Below are positions 9,188 through 18,494 of a DNA stretch of 64,000 nt, piece after piece (position 1 is the stretch's first letter; every line of letters starts with the position of its first letter). A model generated the notes under the pieces. It was not told the origin of the DNA. It saw only the letters and a program-made list of their open reading frames with translations, and searched no databases. Position numbers and translations under genes: made by a program. Source of the DNA: an uncultured Chitinophaga sp. GTDB taxonomy: Bacteria > Bacteroidota > Bacteroidia > NS11-12g > UBA955. Location: NCBI GenBank assembly GCA_964505065.1, contig CAZDGF010000003.1, positions 12,320 through 76,319 on the forward strand. Reading direction: 5' to 3'.

Positions 9188-10954
9188 CTACATTCTATCT
9201 GGGCAATCAATACCCAATAAATTTAAACATACTTTTATAGTATTGGCAGTTGCTTTAGCTAATTGCAAACGGAATTTTCGTTTTTCTGTATCATTTTCTT
9301 TTAAAAACGACACATCGTTATACACTCTGTTAAAAGCTTTTGCTAAATTTAAAACATAAGTACCCACAGCCGCAGGATTATAATTTTTAGCTGCATCGAG
9401 CATTGTTTTTTCAAAAGCTGCTAAATGTTTAATTAAGTTTAGCTCGCTTTCTTTGGCTTCTTCTATTTGGTATGAATTTAATAACTCATTTGCTTGAGCA
9501 ACATTCATCATGCTATTTATTCGTGCATAGGTATATTGTACAAATGGACCAGTATCGCCCTGAAAATCTATGCTTTCTTGAGGATTAAAGAGCATACGTT
9601 TTTGAGGGTCAACACGCAGCATATAAAATTTTAAAGCACCTAAACCAAGTGTGTAATAAAGGTTTTGTTTTTCTTCATTGCTCATACCTTCTGTTTTGCC
9701 CAATTCTTCTGTTTTATCTTGCGCAGTTTGTATCATTTCTGACATTAAATCATCGGCATCTACAACAGTGCCTTCACGGCTTTTCATTTTTCCACTTGGC
9801 AAATCTACCATACCATAACTTAAATGGTAGCATCCACTTGCCCAACTTTTGCCCAATTTATTTAAAATTAAAAACAATACTTTAAAATGGTAATCTTGCT
9901 CATTGCCCACCACATAAATACTTTTTTCGCAGCCAAATTCATCGTATTTCAATTGGGCTGTGCCAATATCTTGGGTTATATACACAGAAGTGCCATCTGC
10001 ACGCATCACCAATTTTTCATCTAAACCATCGGCTGTTAAATCTATCCAAATACTGCCATCAGGTTTTTTATAAAATACCTTTTTATCCAAGCCCTCTTGT
10101 ACAATATTTTTGCCTAAAAGATAGGTATTGCTTTCGTAATAATATTTATCGAAACTTACGCCCAATTGTTTGTATGTAAATTCAAAACCACTATACACCC
10201 ATTGGTTCATGGTTTGCCATAGGCTCATTACCTCCTTATCGCCAGCCTCCCATTTGCGTAGCATTTCTTGGGTTTTTAACATTAAAGGTGCTTGTTTTTC
10301 TGCTTTCTCCTTTTCCATACCATTAGCCATTAATTGGCTAATTTCTTCTTTGTAAAGTTTATCAAAAAGCACGTAGTATTTGCCTACAAAATGGTCGCCT
10401 TTAGTGTTTGTACTTTCAGGGGTTTCGCCATTGCCATATAGCTGCCAAGCCAAGATACTTTTGCATATATGTATGCCCCTATCGTTTATAAGGTTTACCA
10501 TTGTAACCTCATAGCCAGTGTATTTCAAAAGTTGAGCAACACTATAACCCAATAAATTGGTGCGAATATGCCCCAAATGTAAAGGCTTGTTGGTATTTGG
10601 CGAGGAGTATTCCACCATTACCTTGCCGCTGTTTTTTTGTTGAATTTCAGTAGTAAAATGTTTGAAACTATGCAACCAAACATTGGCAGAAAGTTCGATA
10701 TTTAAAAAACCATTAACAACATTATAGCCAGTAATATTGGTGTTGTTTGCTTTAAGGTATTCGCCTATTTGCTGGGCTGTTTGCGCAGGATTTAGTTTAG
10801 ATATTCTTAAAAAAGGAAATACATTAAAAGTATAATCGCCTTTAAAATTAGGGTTTGTAGGTTCTAATTTTAATGTTTCAGCAGCAATAGTTTCATTAAA
10901 TTCAATATTAAATGCCTTTGCAATACTTTCTTTTATCTCTAACTCAATATCCAT
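9188..10954 (-). CDS. argS: arginine--tRNA ligase
   Basis: Class I HIGH region SPNTNKPLHLGHIR, DALR anticodon-binding C-terminus ending ...CPDRM. Confidence 0.95.
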   Translation of the reverse strand: MDIELEIKESIAKAFNIEFNETIAAETLKLEPTNPNFKGDYTFNVFPFLRISKLNPAQTAQQIGEYLKANNTNITGYNVVNGFLNIELSANVWLHSFKHFTTEIQQKNSGKVMVEYSSPNTNKPLHLGHIRTNLLGYSVAQLLKYTGYEVTMVNLINDRGIHICKSILAWQLYGNGETPESTNTKGDHFVGKYYVLFDKLYKEEISQLMANGMEKEKAEKQAPLMLKTQEMLRKWEAGDKEVMSLWQTMNQWVYSGFEFTYKQLGVSFDKYYYESNTYLLGKNIVQEGLDKKVFYKKPDGSIWIDLTADGLDEKLVMRADGTSVYITQDIGTAQLKYDEFGCEKSIYVVGNEQDYHFKVLFLILNKLGKSWASGCYHLSYGMVDLPSGKMKSREGTVVDADDLMSEMIQTAQDKTEELGKTEGMSNEEKQNLYYTLGLGALKFYMLRVDPQKRMLFNPQESIDFQGDTGPFVQYTYARINSMMNVAQANELLNSYQIEEAKESELNLIKHLAAFEKTMLDAAKNYNPAAVGTYVLNLAKAFNRVYNDVSFLKENDTEKRKFRLQLAKATANTIKVCLNLLGIDCPDRM

Positions 10955-10959
10955 AGCGG

Positions 10960-10967
10960 CAAAGATA
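10960..10967 (-). promoter_or_regulatory. candidate -7 box (TATCTTTG on the minus strand) for argS
   Basis: Exact TAnnTTTG only 5 nt upstream of the ATG, which implies a leaderless or near-leaderless mRNA. Confidence 0.3.
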
Positions 10968-11061
10968 TTTAAGAAAAAACGAAATAGATATTTTTTTTTA
11001 GAGGCTTTAGTTTACAAAATAGATTATGATGATATAAAATAAATATCCGAAGTTTAAAATA

Positions 11062-11471
11062 ATGAAAATTTTTACCAAACTTATGCTCTCTCTTTTTGCT
11101 ATATATGCCAATAAGTAATGGCTGCAAAGAAGAAAAAAAGATACAATTTACACAGAAGCAAGCACTTTAACCCAAATTAATCAATAGGAGATTTGAAAAA
11201 TTGAACTATTTGATTTAGTTGGGCTTAACCCCGATTTAAAAATTGCAATTATGTTTTGTAAAAACATGATTTGCAATTTGTTATTCGATTCAGCAATGCT
11301 ATTGCTGAATTTGGGTTAATAATATATAATTCTCAAGGACAAATAATTATCAATAAAGAAATGATTGATAATGAAACAATTGATACTAAAGAGTTAATCA
11401 AAGGTTTTTATTTTATATACTTAAAAACAAAAAATGGCGAAGTTTTCAATTCAAGTTTTATAAAATCTTAG
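11062..11471 (+). pseudogene. remnant of a T9SS-secreted (lipo)protein gene: signal peptide piece, MITE, then the last ~50 aa of a T9SS C-terminal domain
   Basis: 11062 MKIFTKLMLSLFAIYANK*. The overlapping frame reads ...LYMPISNGCKEEKKIQFTQKQAL up to the MITE end. After the MITE comes IIYNSQGQIIINKEMIDNETIDTKELIKGFYFIYLKTKNGEVFNSSFIKS*, the second half of a type-A T9SS sorting domain. Confidence 0.6.
11167..11319 (+). mobile_element. 153-bp MITE, copy 1 (TTAACCCAAATT ... AATTTGGGTTAA termini)
   Basis: 12-bp perfect terminal inverted repeats and three internal hairpins. About 97% identical to 36735-36989 and to the reverse complement of 46724-46877. Confidence 0.8.
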
Positions 11472-12538
11472 TCATTATACAACTCAAAAACCTTTTGCGC
11501 ACAGTATTGTGGCGTAAATTGGGCTAAATGTTGGCTATAATCTTGGATAGGCATTTGTGCTAAATTTTGCAATACATCAGCCAATTGTTGGGTATTGTTT
11601 GGTTCAAAAAATAAAGTATTTTTAGGTGCTATTTCTTTAAAAACTTCAATATTATTTACAGCCAAAGGCAAGCCAGCACAAGCCGCCTCTAATAGCGGAA
11701 TACCAAAACCCTCCACCATACTTGGATATACAAAACCTTTTGCCGAGCGGTACAACAATGGTAAATCCGTACTTTCTACATCGGTTAAAAGCATTATTTG
11801 GTGTTGTAATTTAAGCTCTTCAATTAATGTTATGCAAGCATTGTAAGTATCACCTTTTCTACCCGCTAAAACCAATTTAATGTTTTTATCTTTTACCAAA
11901 CTAAATGCTTTGATTAATACCAAATGGTTTTTTCGTTGCTGAAAACTACTTACATACAACAAAAATGGAAAATCTAAATTATTTTGCTGCTTAAAATATA
12001 AAATTTGCTGCTCGGTATAGCTTTGCCAATGGGCTTCTCCACATGTTTGGTAAACTACATTTACCTTTTTTTCATCTGCATGATAAAGCGAAATAATATC
12101 TTTAGCAGTAGCATTACTCGTAGCTATTATAGTGTCTGCAATGGCTATTGCGTGTTTGGTTTTTTGGTGGTAAATAGTTCTATCCAAAAAGGGGTATTGC
12201 TTTGGAAATAATTTATAAATTACATCGTGAATAGTTACCACTTTTTGGGTATTTGTGTGCCATTTACCATAAGGTAATTCATTGCTTAAACCATGAAAAA
12301 CATCTAATTCTAAATGCTTAATTGTGTTTAAAATACCATTAACGCGCCAAAGCAAACCTGCATTTGGTGTATGTTGTATGCCTTGCTGTTGGTATAAATT
12401 GGCTAAATTTGGTTTGTGTAACAATAAAAATTTGGATTCAGGATATTGTAGTATCAACGCATCTACCAAATCTCGGCTATAATTGCCTAAACCTGATTGG
12501 TTGTTAAAATAGCGTTTAGCATCAAAACCTACTCTCAT
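11468..12538 (-). CDS. glycosyltransferase family 4 (GT-B)
   Basis: C-terminal domain motif YPSMVEGFGIPLLEAACAGLP (E-x7-E). Confidence 0.85.
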   Translation of the reverse strand: MRVGFDAKRYFNNQSGLGNYSRDLVDALILQYPESKFLLLHKPNLANLYQQQGIQHTPNAGLLWRVNGILNTIKHLELDVFHGLSNELPYGKWHTNTQKVVTIHDVIYKLFPKQYPFLDRTIYHQKTKHAIAIADTIIATSNATAKDIISLYHADEKKVNVVYQTCGEAHWQSYTEQQILYFKQQNNLDFPFLLYVSSFQQRKNHLVLIKAFSLVKDKNIKLVLAGRKGDTYNACITLIEELKLQHQIMLLTDVESTDLPLLYRSAKGFVYPSMVEGFGIPLLEAACAGLPLAVNNIEVFKEIAPKNTLFFEPNNTQQLADVLQNLAQMPIQDYSQHLAQFTPQYCAQKVFELYND

Positions 12539-12546
12539 TTTAAAAA

Positions 12547-13374
12547 TTATACAGCTACATTGTTTTCTCTTAAAGCATCGTTCAAAGATGTTTTTAAATC
12601 GGTACTGGCTTTGCGTTTACCAATAATTATGGCACATGGCACATGGAATTTTCCTGCAGGAAATTCTTTTTCGTAACTACCAGGTATGACGACACTTCTG
12701 GGTGGTACATAGCCTTTGTATTCTGTGCGTTCGGCTGTGGTTACATCTATAATTTTAGTACTTTGGGTAATGGTAACACCAGCACCCAATACAGCCTCTT
12801 TGCCAATATGTGCTCCTTCTACCACTATACAGCGAGAGCCTATAAAACAATCGTCTTCAATAATAACAGGAGCAGCTTGAACAGGCTCTAAAACACCGCC
12901 AATACCTACCCCACCACTTAAATGTACATTTTTACCTATCTGTGCACAACTGCCCACAGTAGCCCATGTATCTACCATTGTTCCGCTATCTACATAAGCA
13001 CCAATATTTACAAAACTTGGCATTAATATTACGCTTTTATTAATAAATGCACCATAACGCGCCACAGAACCCATAACTGCACGCACACCTTGCCCTTCAA
13101 AATCTGATTTTAAAGGTATTTTATCGTAAAACTCGTAAGCGCCAAGTTTTTCAGTTTTATTTTGAGTAAGTGGAAAATACAAAATTACACCTTTTTTTAC
13201 CCATTCATTTACCTGCCAAGTACCGTCTTCATTTGGCTGAGCCACTCTTACATGTCCTTTATCCAATTGTTCAATTAAGCTAAAAATGGCTTTTTGGATA
13301 TCTTCATTTTTAAGTAGTTCTCTATTGTTCCAAGCGTTTTCTATGGTTTGTTGTAGGGTTGTAGTATCAGTCAT
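12547..13374 (-). CDS. dapD: 2,3,4,5-tetrahydropyridine-2,6-dicarboxylate N-succinyltransferase
   Basis: 275 aa, left-handed beta-helix hexapeptide repeats, DapD-type N-terminal helical domain. Confidence 0.85.
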   Translation of the reverse strand: MTDTTTLQQTIENAWNNRELLKNEDIQKAIFSLIEQLDKGHVRVAQPNEDGTWQVNEWVKKGVILYFPLTQNKTEKLGAYEFYDKIPLKSDFEGQGVRAVMGSVARYGAFINKSVILMPSFVNIGAYVDSGTMVDTWATVGSCAQIGKNVHLSGGVGIGGVLEPVQAAPVIIEDDCFIGSRCIVVEGAHIGKEAVLGAGVTITQSTKIIDVTTAERTEYKGYVPPRSVVIPGSYEKEFPAGKFHVPCAIIIGKRKASTDLKTSLNDALRENNVAV

Positions 13375-13543
13375 TTGTATAAAAAATTATAGTGCAAAAA
13401 AAGGCAAAAATTTGGTTTAAAAAGGAATAAAAAAAATTTATTTACATCATACCATCCATTTTTATTTAAAGTATTGAATTATATAAGGGCAGTGTAGTGT
13501 AGGCTGTTCTTTTTGGCTTAAATCTAACATGTTTTTGGTGTAA

Positions 13544-15568
13544 CTACTCTCCCAACTTCTTTTTCAAACTTGTTATTTGGTCTCTCAACCTTGCAGCTTC
13601 TATAAATTCCATTTCTTTGGCTGCACGTTGCATGGCTTTTTCGGTATCTTTTATAGCTTTTTCTATGTCTTTTTTGCTTAAATATTCATAGGCTGGTTCG
13701 GCAGCTATATTTATAGTTTCTGGGGCAGAGTAATAGTGAATTTCTTCGCCTTTTTTGGCATCGGCTACACTGGTAAGTTTTTTTATTTCTTCTATGCTTT
13801 TTAAAATGGTTTTTGGAGTAATGCCATTGGCTGTATTGTAAGCTATTTGTTTTTCTCTTCTTCGCTCGGTTTCATCAATGGTTTTTTGCATGCTATCTGT
13901 CATTCTATCTGCATACATTATTACTTTACCATTCACATTTCTAGCTGCTCTGCCTATGGTTTGTACCATACTTGTAACACTGCGTAAAAAACCTTCTTTA
14001 TCAGCATCTAATATCGCTACAAGACTTACTTCTGGTAGGTCAAGTCCTTCTCTTAATAAATTTATACCAATCAATACATCAATATTGCCCAAGCGTAAGT
14101 CTCGTAAAATTTCTACCCTATCTATGGTTTTTACCTCGCTATGAATGTATTGCACTTTAATGCCAAGTTTAGCCATGTATTTTGCCAATTCCTCGCTCAT
14201 ACGTTTGGTAAGTGTGGTTACCAATATTCTATCGCCCATTTTTACCCTTTCTGCCACTTCATCAAGCAAATCATCTACTTGATTGACACAAGGGCGCACC
14301 TCTATTACTGGGTCTAATAAGCCTGTAGGGCGAATAAGCTGTTCTACTACTACACCTTCTGATTCACGCAATTCATAATCGGCAGGTGTGGCACTTACAA
14401 AAATAGTTTGAGGTGTTAATTGCTCAAATTCTTCAAACTTAAGCGGGCGATTATCCATTGCTGCAGGCAAGCGAAAACCGTAATCCACTAAGTTGATTTT
14501 TCGGGCTCTATCGCCTCCATACATTGCCCTTATTTGCGGCATACTTACATGGCTTTCGTCCACAATCAATAAAAAATCTTTTGGAAAATAATCTATCAAA
14601 CAAAATGGTCTATCGCCAGCATTTCTTCTATCCATATAGCGGCTATAATTTTCTATTCCACTGCAATAGCCAAGCTCTCGCATCATTTCTAAATCAAAAT
14701 TTACACGTTCTTCCAAGCGTTTTGCCTCTAAAGGTTTACCTTGTTCTTTAAAAAAATTAATTTGTGCTACAAGGTCGTCTTGTATTTCATAAATGGCTTG
14801 GTTTAGCTGCTCTCTGGGCGATACATAAATATTGGCAGGATATATGGCTACATCATCAAATTGTTCTAAAATATGCCCTGTGCTTGGCTCAAAACTTTGT
14901 ATTTCTTCTATTTCATTTCCAAAAAAAGAAATGCGATAGCCAATATCATTGTAGGCTAAAAATACATCTACAATATCGCCTTTAACTCTAAAATTTCCCC
15001 TTTTAAAATCGGCAGTGGAGCGGCTGTAAAGGCTATTTACCAAATTATGTAAAAACGTATTTCTACCTATTTTTTGCCCTTTGCTTAAGCGGATTATACT
15101 GCCTTCATAATCATTAGGATTTCCAGCACCATATATACAACTAACAGAAGCTACTACAATTAAATCTCGCCTACCGCTCAATAAATTGGTAATAGTGCGT
15201 AAGCGCATTTTTTCTATGTCTTCGTTAATATTTAGGTCTTTTTCTATATAAGTGCCGCTGCTTGGTATAAAGGCTTCTGGCTGATAATAATCGTAATAAC
15301 TTACAAAATAATCTACCGAGTTTTCTGGAAAAAATTGCTGAAACTCGCTATATAATTGGGCTACCAATGTTTTATTATGGCTCAATACTAAAATAGGGCG
15401 TTGTACTTGCTCTATAACATTGGCAATGGTAAATGTTTTTCCACTACCTGTAACACCCAAAAGCGTTTGCGCTCTTTGCCCTTGCTTTAAGCCATTTACA
15501 AGTTTTTCTATGGCTTGCGGCTGGTCGCCCTTGGGTTGAAATGGAGATATGAGTTTAAATTTAGGCAA
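13544..15568 (-). CDS. uvrB: excinuclease ABC subunit B
   Basis: FKLISPFQPKGDQPQAI, Walker A GVTGSGKT, VDESH box, C-terminal UVR domain (EFIEAARLRDQITSLKKKL). TTG start. Confidence 0.95.
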   Translation of the reverse strand: MPKFKLISPFQPKGDQPQAIEKLVNGLKQGQRAQTLLGVTGSGKTFTIANVIEQVQRPILVLSHNKTLVAQLYSEFQQFFPENSVDYFVSYYDYYQPEAFIPSSGTYIEKDLNINEDIEKMRLRTITNLLSGRRDLIVVASVSCIYGAGNPNDYEGSIIRLSKGQKIGRNTFLHNLVNSLYSRSTADFKRGNFRVKGDIVDVFLAYNDIGYRISFFGNEIEEIQSFEPSTGHILEQFDDVAIYPANIYVSPREQLNQAIYEIQDDLVAQINFFKEQGKPLEAKRLEERVNFDLEMMRELGYCSGIENYSRYMDRRNAGDRPFCLIDYFPKDFLLIVDESHVSMPQIRAMYGGDRARKINLVDYGFRLPAAMDNRPLKFEEFEQLTPQTIFVSATPADYELRESEGVVVEQLIRPTGLLDPVIEVRPCVNQVDDLLDEVAERVKMGDRILVTTLTKRMSEELAKYMAKLGIKVQYIHSEVKTIDRVEILRDLRLGNIDVLIGINLLREGLDLPEVSLVAILDADKEGFLRSVTSMVQTIGRAARNVNGKVIMYADRMTDSMQKTIDETERRREKQIAYNTANGITPKTILKSIEEIKKLTSVADAKKGEEIHYYSAPETINIAAEPAYEYLSKKDIEKAIKDTEKAMQRAAKEMEFIEAARLRDQITSLKKKLGE

Positions 15569-15586
15569 TGGTGTTTTTTGTTTTTA

Positions 15587-15594
15587 CAAAATTA
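15587..15594 (-). promoter_or_regulatory. candidate -7 box (TAATTTTG on the minus strand) for uvrB
   Basis: Exact TAnnTTTG, 18 nt upstream of the start. Confidence 0.35.
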
Positions 15595-15626
15595 AACTAA
15601 AAAAGCAATATTAGAGATTTTAAATG

Positions 15627-16820
15627 TTATCTTTTTGCTGCTTTTAAGGCAGGGTAAATGCCTGTTAAAAAACCAAGGCTAAAGGCTGTGATTGTTACTA
15701 AAATAATATCTTTGAATAATAATTTTACAGGATAGTTTTCTACAATAGCGCCTTCCATTTTTACCCAACCATATTTTTCTTGGGCTATAACTAAAGCTAT
15801 ACCAAAAGCTATGCCTATAATACTGCCAATACCTGCTATGAGCATACCATTGGTAAAAAATATTCGCCTAATAAATTGTTGGTTTGCACCCATACTTGTA
15901 AGTGTGGTTATATCATTTTTCTTTTCTATAACCAACATTGTAAGGCTGCCTAAAGCATTGAAAGCAGCAATTAGTAAAATAAAAGTAAGAATAGCATAGC
16001 TTGCCCATTTTTCGCTTTTAAACATTTTATAGAGCGATGCTTGCTGCTGCATTCGGTTTTGTATTTTATAGGTTGTGCCTAATATTTTTTTTAATTCATT
16101 AATTGTTTCTTCAACATCTGTATTGGGTTTAAGCGTAATTTCTATACTTGAGGCAAAGCCTTCTCTTTCAAATAATTTTTGAGCAAAAGCCATAGGAACA
16201 AATATAAAACGGTTGTTTATTGCATCATCTAAAGTAATAACCCCGCCTGGTTGAATTTCCAATTGGGTAATGGCTGTTGGGTCGCTTACGCTAAAATCTG
16301 CACGCTTGGGCGTTATAAGCGATACCATATTGTAAATACCATCAATATTGGTGTTTATTTTTTGGTCTATTCCTGCACCAAGTACGGCATAGTTTATGCC
16401 ATTTTCGTTTAAAGTAGGCAAGCCAGTGGTAATTCTCCCACTTAGCCCTATGGTATTAAAATAGTTAGAATCTAAACCTTTTACGGTACATACCGTTTGG
16501 TAATCGCCATTGCGTATTACAGCATTGTCTTCTAAAACAGCAAAAGCATATTGTATGGTGTTAATTTTTTTAAGTTTGTTATTTAGTTCTTTTATTTCAA
16601 ATACTTTTCCTTCATTCAATGTAATTTTTATTTCAGGGTTAAACTTATTGTACATAGAAAAAATAAGGTCTTCAAAACCATTCATTGTACTTAAAATAAC
16701 AATTAAAGCAGCTGTACAAACAGCAAAAGCCATCATTGCTATACTCGAAATAATATTGATAGCATTTCGCTTTTTTTTAGCAAATAGGTAGCGAAGTGAT
16801 ATTTTAAAAGAAGCGTTCAA
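15627..16820 (-). CDS. FtsX-like ABC transporter permease (LolC/E-like)
   Basis: N-terminal TM, large periplasmic MacB-PCD-like domain, C-terminal FtsX 3-TM bundle. TTG start. Confidence 0.85.
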   Translation of the reverse strand: MNASFKISLRYLFAKKKRNAINIISSIAMMAFAVCTAALIVILSTMNGFEDLIFSMYNKFNPEIKITLNEGKVFEIKELNNKLKKINTIQYAFAVLEDNAVIRNGDYQTVCTVKGLDSNYFNTIGLSGRITTGLPTLNENGINYAVLGAGIDQKINTNIDGIYNMVSLITPKRADFSVSDPTAITQLEIQPGGVITLDDAINNRFIFVPMAFAQKLFEREGFASSIEITLKPNTDVEETINELKKILGTTYKIQNRMQQQASLYKMFKSEKWASYAILTFILLIAAFNALGSLTMLVIEKKNDITTLTSMGANQQFIRRIFFTNGMLIAGIGSIIGIAFGIALVIAQEKYGWVKMEGAIVENYPVKLLFKDIILVTITAFSLGFLTGIYPALKAAKR

Positions 16821-16882
16821 AAGATATTTAGCAAAAGTTTGATTTAGAGCTATGCAAAAGTAAGTTTATTTTTTATTTGAAA

Positions 16883-17515
16883 TTACTTATGTGGTTTACA
16901 TCCTACAATGCTGCAAATAGGGCATTCGGCTATAATATGCCCACGAGCAGGGCAATATTGCCTGCCCATAAAAATAATTTGTAGATGGGCTTTGTTCCAT
17001 AAGTTTTCAGGAATTAAGCGTTTCAAATCTTTTTCAGTTTGCTCTACATTTTTGCCATTTGTAAGCCCCCAACGTATGGCAAGCCTATGTATATGCGTAT
17101 CTACAGGAAATGCAGGAAATCCAAATGCTTGGCTCATAACAACAGAGGCTGTTTTATGCCCCACGCCTGGAAGCCTTTCAAGGGCTTCAAAAGTATTGGG
17201 CACCTGCCCTTTGTGTTCGTTTAAAATAATATAGCTAAGGTTAAATATGGCTTTACTTTTGGCTGGCGAAAGCCCACAAGGTTTTATTATTTCTCTTATT
17301 TGCTCAATACTTAAGGTTATCATTTTTTGCGGTGTATTGGCTTTTTTAAATAATGTAGGCGTAATGGTATTTACACGCTCATCTGTACATTGTGCAGAAA
17401 GCAATACGGCTATTAGCAAAGTATAAGCATCTGTATGATTAAGTGGAATAGGTGTTTCAGGATACAGTTTTTCTAATGTTTCCAATATAAAACTTACCTT
17501 TTCTTTTTTATTCAT
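16883..17515 (-). CDS. nth: endonuclease III
   Basis: HhH-GPD fold (LPGVGHKTASVV), catalytic Lys/Asp region, C-terminal four-Cys Fe-S loop. Confidence 0.9.
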   Translation of the reverse strand: MNKKEKVSFILETLEKLYPETPIPLNHTDAYTLLIAVLLSAQCTDERVNTITPTLFKKANTPQKMITLSIEQIREIIKPCGLSPAKSKAIFNLSYIILNEHKGQVPNTFEALERLPGVGHKTASVVMSQAFGFPAFPVDTHIHRLAIRWGLTNGKNVEQTEKDLKRLIPENLWNKAHLQIIFMGRQYCPARGHIIAECPICSIVGCKPHK

Positions 17516-17528
17516 TTTATAGAATAAT

Positions 17529-18482
17529 TTACAATAAAGTTTTTACAATATCGTCAATACTCAATCCTTCAGCTTCGGCTTTGTAATTTTTTACCAACCT
17601 ATGGCGCAATACATTGTATGCCATTGCTTTTACATCTTCAATATCGGGCGAAAGTTTACCATTTAACAAAGCATTGCATTTAGCACCTAATACTAAAAAC
17701 TGTCCTGCTCTTGGACCAGCACCATAGCTAATGTATTCATTTACTTTGGCTGTGGCTTGCTCTGTTTTTGGTCGGGTTTTGCTTACCAATCCTACAGCAT
17801 ATTCTACAACATTATCTGCAATAGGCACTTGGCGCACAAGGTTTTGATAAGCTAAAATATCTTGGGCTGTCATTACTTTATTTACAGTTTGGGCGGTATT
17901 GCTTGTTGTATTCTTTACAATATTTATCTCTTCTTGAAACGAAGGATATGTAAGCGTTAAATTCAACATAAATCTATCTAATTGCGCCTCTGGCAAAGGG
18001 TAAGTTCCCTCTTGCTCAATAGGATTTTGGGTAGCCAAAACAAAAAAAGGATGCTCTAATGAATAGGCTTTTCCACCTACCGTTACATTCCGCTCCTGCA
18101 TGGCTTCAAGCAATGCCGATTGGGTTTTGGGCGGTGTTCTATTTATTTCATCTGCTAAAACAATATTGGCAAATAAAGGTCCTTTTATAAACTTAAAACT
18201 GCGGTTTTCGTCTAATATTTCGTTGCCTGTAATATCGCCTGGCATTAAATCGGGCGTAAACTGAATGCGGTTGAATTTTAAATCTAAAACCTCTGATATG
18301 GTTTTTATCAATAAAGTTTTAGCCAAACCTGGCACACCCACAAGCAAGGCATGGCTATTGCAAAATAATGCCATTAATACGCCATCTACGGCTTCTTTTT
18401 GCCCTACTATTACTTTGCCTATTTCTTGCTGTATTTGTTTGTATTGTGCCGAAAATTTTTCTACTGTTGCTAATTCACTCAT
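17529..18482 (-). CDS. MoxR-family AAA+ ATPase
   Basis: Walker A GVPGLAKT, Walker B VLADEINR, 317 aa typical of MoxR. Confidence 0.9.
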   Translation of the reverse strand: MSELATVEKFSAQYKQIQQEIGKVIVGQKEAVDGVLMALFCNSHALLVGVPGLAKTLLIKTISEVLDLKFNRIQFTPDLMPGDITGNEILDENRSFKFIKGPLFANIVLADEINRTPPKTQSALLEAMQERNVTVGGKAYSLEHPFFVLATQNPIEQEGTYPLPEAQLDRFMLNLTLTYPSFQEEINIVKNTTSNTAQTVNKVMTAQDILAYQNLVRQVPIADNVVEYAVGLVSKTRPKTEQATAKVNEYISYGAGPRAGQFLVLGAKCNALLNGKLSPDIEDVKAMAYNVLRHRLVKNYKAEAEGLSIDDIVKTLL

Positions 18483-18494
18483 AGGGATATTGGT

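Noticed and set aside
11271-11471. 66-aa track ORF as an intact small gene
   Set aside because: Its TTG start and first ~16 codons lie inside the MITE. Only the tail is genuine coding sequence, a T9SS CTD remnant. Annotated as part of a pseudogene.
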